The translations under genes were made by a program, and so were the position numbers. A DNA stretch of 64,000 nt from the human T2T-CHM13v2.0 reference genome, Homo sapiens. Numbering within the stretch: the first letter of the stretch is position 1; each line of letters begins with the position of its first letter. Under the pieces are notes generated by a model. It was not told the origin of the DNA. It worked only from the letters and a program-made list of their open reading frames with translations, and ran no database searches. The stretch lies in NCBI RefSeq assembly GCF_009914755.1, contig NC_060931.1; one strand, written 5' to 3'. Of the stretch, positions 54,093 through 64,000 are shown one piece after another.

Positions 54093-54280
54093 TCTAGGGA
54101 AGTGTGAGCATGAGGTGCTGGGATGCCTGGGTCCCCGCGCCTTTGTGTATGTGCTCGCGTCTAGGGAGTTCTGAACATGGGGGATGCCCGGGTCCCCGCG
54201 CCTTCGTGTACGCACTTGTACGTAGGGAGGTCTGAGCATGGGGGATGCCTGGGTCCCCGCGCCTTCATGGACACGCTCGT
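54093..54280 (+). repeat. Minisatellite, ~3 copies of a 61-bp GC-rich unit
   Basis: ggatgccYgggtccccgcgcctt at 54121, 54182 and 54243. Confidence 0.88.
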
Positions 54281-55127
54281 GTGTGGTGTGCCGTGATGCT
54301 TGCTGTGCAGCAGGCCGGCTGGTGGAGAGCTTTCGCTGGCACCGAGCTCTTCTCCTTGGTGTGGCCGTCGGCTCCATCCTGGTCATCCTTCCCTGGTAGG
54401 TGTTACTCTAAAGCTGGGTCCTAAACCTGGCAGGAGCTTCTAATGAGAAGGGGCACTTGATCCTCGGGTGGGCTGTGTTTACGTTCTTGGCTCTGGAATT
54501 ACCTTTGTCTTGCGGTCTCCGCCGCTGGTGGTCTATGTCTCATCACCAGGCTCACCGCCGGGGCTCTTGCGTCCGCCTGGCACGTGTCAGCTGTGGGTCC
54601 GGGATGAAGCCCGGGTGGAAGTCGAGGGTGTTGATGAGGCACACAGGTCATGAGGCGGGGCAGGAACTGTGGGTGGGCGAGACGTGAGTGGGTCATGGAA
54701 GGATCTTTCTGGAAGTGAGTTGGTCGCTGAATCCTGCAGAGGGGCCTGGCACAAAGGTGTGGAAGGCAGGTGTGCTGGAGTCCCCACCCTGGCCAGCCCT
54801 TGGCTTGTTTCTGTGTGTGGCTGTGACCCCGGACTCTGGATTTCTAGGAAGCTGAAAAGGTTTGATGACCTCTTTCTGTCTTAAAAGGGGAGGTGAGGTA
54901 AAACCACTCCTGAGAGGGACTTACCCGCTGTGGTCCCTGCTTTGCCGAAGCCCCGGGTTTTGATGGTGCCGGCAGCTGTCGGCCTCCTCGCCTCTGATTT
55001 CTCTGGCCCACCACGAGCCCCTCACCTCCTGCAGGGCTTACTGTGACCTGGGCTCCTCCTCCTGTATCAAAGGATTGCTGGCAGTCAGAGCTCTTCAGTC
55101 GTGTACATGATTTATATAATTTATATT

Positions 55128-56165
55128 TCTTTTTTCTTTTTTTTTGAGAAGGAGTCTCACTCTGTTGCCTAGCCTGGAGTGCGATGGCGCCATCTTGGTT
55201 CACCGCTACCTCCACCTCCTGGGTTCAAGCAACTCTGCCTCAGCCTCCCGAGTAGCTGGGATTACAGGCACGCGCCACCACACCCCGCTAATTTTGTATT
55301 TTTAGTAGAGACGGGGTTTCTCCATGTTAGGCTGGTCTTGAACTCCTGACCTCAGGTGATCTGCCTGCCTCGGCCTCCCAAAGTGCTGGCATTACAGGCA
55401 TGAGCCACCGTGCTTGACCAACCTAATTTATACTTCTTAAGGAATGGAAAGAGCACAGAGACCTGTTCATATGGTGGATGTAGCAGTTTTTAAAAGCGAA
55501 TGTAGATTTGAAGTCATGACATCTGTGTGTGAGTTTTTGGGGACATGGTTCAGCTTGTAACAGGGGAAGTAAATCAGGTGTAAAAATGTGTCAAGGTGGG
55601 TGGAACTAAGGGGAGAGAGCTGTGACGTGAAGCATTACGCAATAAAGAGGTTCCCGCCTATTAGATAGAAACAGAGGTGGGAACAGGACCGAGGCGGTGT
55701 GAGTGTGCCCTGACCTCTGCAGCAGCGGCCCTCCTGCCGCCGTCTCCACGCGCCCTTCCCAGACCTGTTCAGTTTCCCAGCAGCGGGCTGGCGCCTGCCT
55801 TCTCTCTGTTGCAGAGGCCGGCTCTTCCTGGATGTGGGCCCTCTCAGGATGGTTGCAAGCCTGGAGCCCACAGGCTGCTTATCTTAGCAGAAGGCCTTGA
55901 GGGCTCCTTCCCCTGCGGTCGCTGTGACGGAGGGAGCGTGTCTGCTCTCTGTGGCTTCGGTTCTTCAGGCTGCTGTTGTGTTGAGAGTGGCTTCTGCCGC
56001 ACTCCGCATTGATAACTGGGTTTCATCCTCGTTGTATTTTCTTATTTTTTATAGAGATGGGGTCTCCCTATGTTGCCCAGGCTGGTCTCGAACTCCTGGG
56101 CCCACGTGATCCTCCCTGCTTGGCCTCCCAGAGTGTGGGGATCCCAGGCGGGGTCCACCCTGGCC
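55128..56165 (-). mobile_element. AluS (~55128-55420) and FLAM-like monomer (~56040-56165)
   Basis: Alu consensus. Confidence 0.82.
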
Positions 56166-56814
56166 TTGTCCTCATTTTAAAGACGAGGGGACTGTGGAAG
56201 CACAGGGAAGGCGCCTCTTCTTCCCTGAGCTGCACCCCTTCCACAGGCACCCATGCTGCCCGTGCAGTGGCGGGTGCAGCACAGTCCCACTGCTGAGCGG
56301 CTTGGCCTGCAGCGAGGCCCCCTCCCACCTGCCATGCTCTCTTGCTGGCCGTGGGGCGGGCGTGGGGTGACAGGGTTGCCTGTGGTGGCCACAGGGCCAT
56401 GTGTGCTTTGAGTCTGGCGCCGTCATGCTATGCATGGTGTCCATCTCCATTCAGAGACAAACACCTCCCAGGCTGGCCAGACCACTCACACCACTTCCAC
56501 CTCCGTAGGCCTGAGGGAGCCGGGTCCCAGGGGAGGGCTGTGGGAGTGGCAGGAGAAGTAGCGATGTGTCTTGGGGACGTAGGCCCCAGTCATCCCAGGG
56601 GCCTACGGTGCATGGGTGGTCCCAATTTAAAACAAATAAGGAATATGGGGCCTGTGGTTTCTTATTTAAAGTAAGCCACTCTTTGGCCCCTGCACTTTTC
56701 CAGGGCAGGGTAAACCGGAACGTTGTTAGAATTGGGAACAGTCATCACCGTGGGCCACGGAGAAAGTCCACGGAACCCCACTTTCTCCATCAGCCTTCTG
56801 GTCTGCCTTCGTAC

Positions 56815-57661
56815 TGTGAACCAGGAGTATCTGAGACCGTCTCAGTCAGTGTAGAAAGTTTATTTTGCCGAGGTTGAGGACACGCCCGTGACACAGCCTC
56901 AGGAGGCCCTGACGACAGGTGCCCGAGGTGGTCGGGGCGCGGCTTGGTTTTATGCATCTCAGGGAGACATGAGGCGTCCCTACACGCAAGATGTACGTTC
57001 CGGAAAGGTGGGACAGCTGGACGTGGGGTCGGGGGCTTCCGGGTCATAGGTGGATAAGACGAATCATTGCATTCTATGAGTCTCTGATCAGCCTTTCACT
57101 GAATACACAATCCACATATGAGAGGGGGTAGGGGAAGGGCCACGTGTGCCTTAGTCTGGCTCAGTGAGACAACAGGGCAGAGGAAGCAGTCAGATATGCG
57201 TTTGTTTCGGGGGAGCAGAGGGATGACTTTGAGTTCTGTCCTTTGTCTGCACCTGTGAAGATAAGCTGTCCACTGACATTGCCAGGGTGAAAACCCAACA
57301 ACTGCTCTAGGGTAAAGATCTTGAGCCCCACGGGGAATTTCCTTGTGCACAAATTGTGAGGGAGGTGTGTGGCTTTTTTGTTTGTTTTTTTTGAGACATT
57401 GTCTCATTCCTGCTGCCCAAGCTGGAGTCCAGTGGTGCAGTCTCAGCTCGCAGCAACCTTTGCCTCCTGAGCTCACGTAAAGCGATCCTCCCAGCTCAGC
57501 CTCCTGAGTAGCTGGGACCACAGGTGTGCACCCCTGTGCCCTGCTGTAGCCACCTTCTTTAGGAATAAAATGGGAGGCAGGTGTGCCCGATGCAGTTCCC
57601 AGCTTGCTCTCTCCCTTTAGCTGAGTGATTTTGGGGTCCTGAGATTCATTGTCGTTTCACA
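56815..57661. mobile_element. MER4A-like (ERV1) solo LTR with a nested Alu fragment (~57375-57540)
   Basis: tgtgaacc...agaaagtttattttgccgaggttgaggacacgcccgtgacacagcctcaggagg...tttcaca, with TG...CA ends. Confidence 0.8.
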
Positions 57662-57889
57662 ATACCTTGTTTCCCAAATTAGCAACCAAAGAGAGCGGTT
57701 ATACTTGCCCTGGGGCTTTAGGGGGAAGCGCAGCCCACCCTGTGTGGACTCGCAGCGGAAGCAGAGGCTGCTCCAGAGACTGCGGTGCCTTCCTGTCCAC
57801 CCTGACCCAGGAGCCTCAGTGTTGAGTGAGGGGCACTGGCTGTTTCTTGAGGGTGGGAAGGAACACCTTTTCAGCCTACTGTGCAGGGT

Positions 57890-58845
<956 letters not shown>

Positions 58846-60449
58846 CTGTGCAGTGTTTTTAAAAGGATTGGTGTAACAGTAACTTGTGTGAACACATTGA
58901 TGTGGTCTGGGCCCTTCCCCGCATGAAAGGACTGATGGAATCCTCAGAACTGCAGGCATGTTGAGCGCCAGAAGCAGGGTCCTTGGGTCACTGACAGGCC
59001 GGCCTTGGTGAACACGTGCTGCAGAACACTACCTCCAGGTCCTCCCACATGTGGGACGCGGCGATGGCAGAGATAAGAAGGTGATGTGGCAGGAAAATTC
59101 TGAATCATACAAGGACGTGTTGTGCAATAGCTGCGTGAGCTCTAGCAGGATGTTCGAGAGAATGTCCTGGGGGCTCTTTGCCATGGGAGAGGGTGTTGCT
59201 GTGGGAAGTGTGCTGAGTTGTGTGTTCCTCGGCCCTCTGTGTGGCACCTGCTTCCAGGCTGTGCGTGAGGCTGGCTTGTTCCGTCCTGGGATGCTGGCAG
59301 GAGTGTGGGTCTGTGCATTCCCATATCTTGTGAGGCATGTTCTCAGCATCAGCAGCCCCAGCTCCTTCCTCCTCGTGGTGACTGGGAGGCGAATGGGCCA
59401 GGGTGCTGGGTTTCCAAGAACACCTGCCTTGCTCTCTGTGGGGATCCACAGAGAGTTCACGCAGTGGCCCTGTCAGCCCTAAACATGGAGAGCCACTGCA
59501 TGTGAGGCCTTGGGGGCATGTCTGGAGAGCCTGTCATGGCGTGGAGCTCACCGTACAGTCTCCTGGGACCTTGACAGACCGCACCAGGCCACATCCTGCG
59601 CCAATTAAACCCGAACCTCAGGGCTGATCCCGTTGTGGCCAGGAGGAAGAATGGATAATGCTGGGCCTGGGAGGGACCGGGAGGCCGAGTCCGAGGCGAG
59701 AGCCATGGGGTGGTGCTTGTTCCGGTTCTCCTGCAGCCGGTCTGTCCATCCTGCCTGCTGTGACTGTTCTCCAGCCACTTTCTCTTTTTCATTTTTCTTG
59801 CTGGAAAGCTGTAGAAGGCAGTGGGGTGGGAACGCTCCATCCACAGTGCAGGTTAGAACCTTGGAGGTGATGGCTTCGCCTGGCAGTGAGGTGAACAGAG
59901 CCTCCAGCAGTGCCGGGCGTGTAGCCAGGGCAGCTGCAGCAGGAGGACGCCCAGAGCCTTGGCTCTGAACAGATAGAACCATCGAGGCCGAATCGGGCAG
60001 TCCTCCTGTTCAGACCAACTGTGTGTCCCTTTTGTGAGACAGCTGGTGACCCCTGCTGGCACATCTGTGTCCCAGCCGTGAGGCGGCCGCTCCCTGTCCA
60101 TGCCGGCAGTGCACCGTGCCCACGGGAAGCTCGGTGTGGGGGTTTGGAGCAGCAGCACGCTGCGTGACTCCCCAGGTGATGCCAGGGAGATCTGGATAAG
60201 GAGGTCCACATCTCCACCTTCATCTTCTTTCCTCAAGTCACTTTTCCTGGCACCTCACTAACCATGAGGTTTCACAGGAACCTTGGGGAGTCCCTTGTGT
60301 GCTTGGCCTGGGGACACAGGACTGTGTCGGACTGCTGGGGCCAGAAGGGTTTTTCTAGAGACCAGACCCAAGCAGCTGCTGTCCACCTGCCACGTGTGCC
60401 AGCCCCAGCCTTCCTCCCAAGTGAGTGGGGGAGGGAGGCTTCTGGGTGT

Positions 60450-64000
<3,551 letters not shown>

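Overview
Human genomic DNA containing most of DNAJB6 (HSP40/J-domain co-chaperone, the LGMDD1 gene; from my recollection on 7q36.3) on the + strand. The window starts in intron 1. It contains coding exons 2-8, which give the complete 241-aa isoform b ORF with its 3'UTR and poly(A) signal, and exon 9 of the long isoform a. Exon 1 and exon 10 lie outside the window. All junctions are GT-AG and join in frame. The introns are dense in Alus and also carry MaLR, ERV1 and ERVL LTRs, hAT MER elements, L1 fragments, microsatellites and a ~940-bp VNTR with a 28-bp unit. The main unexpected signal is in intron 5, where 26075-~26490 looks like an alternative terminal exon. It has a pyrimidine tract plus CAG in the right phase for exon 5, 129 open codons of a ~29% Asp/Glu tail, and a TAG followed immediately by AATAAA. 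It predicts a third DNAJB6 isoform of ~244 aa: J-domain, G/F region and acidic tail, without the S/T-rich region or CTD. The same exon has an internal donor that could yield an in-frame 18-nt microexon. Most ORFs in the supplied track are Alu, repeat or GC-rich noise. Repeat family names and most repeat boundaries are recognised by eye and approximate.
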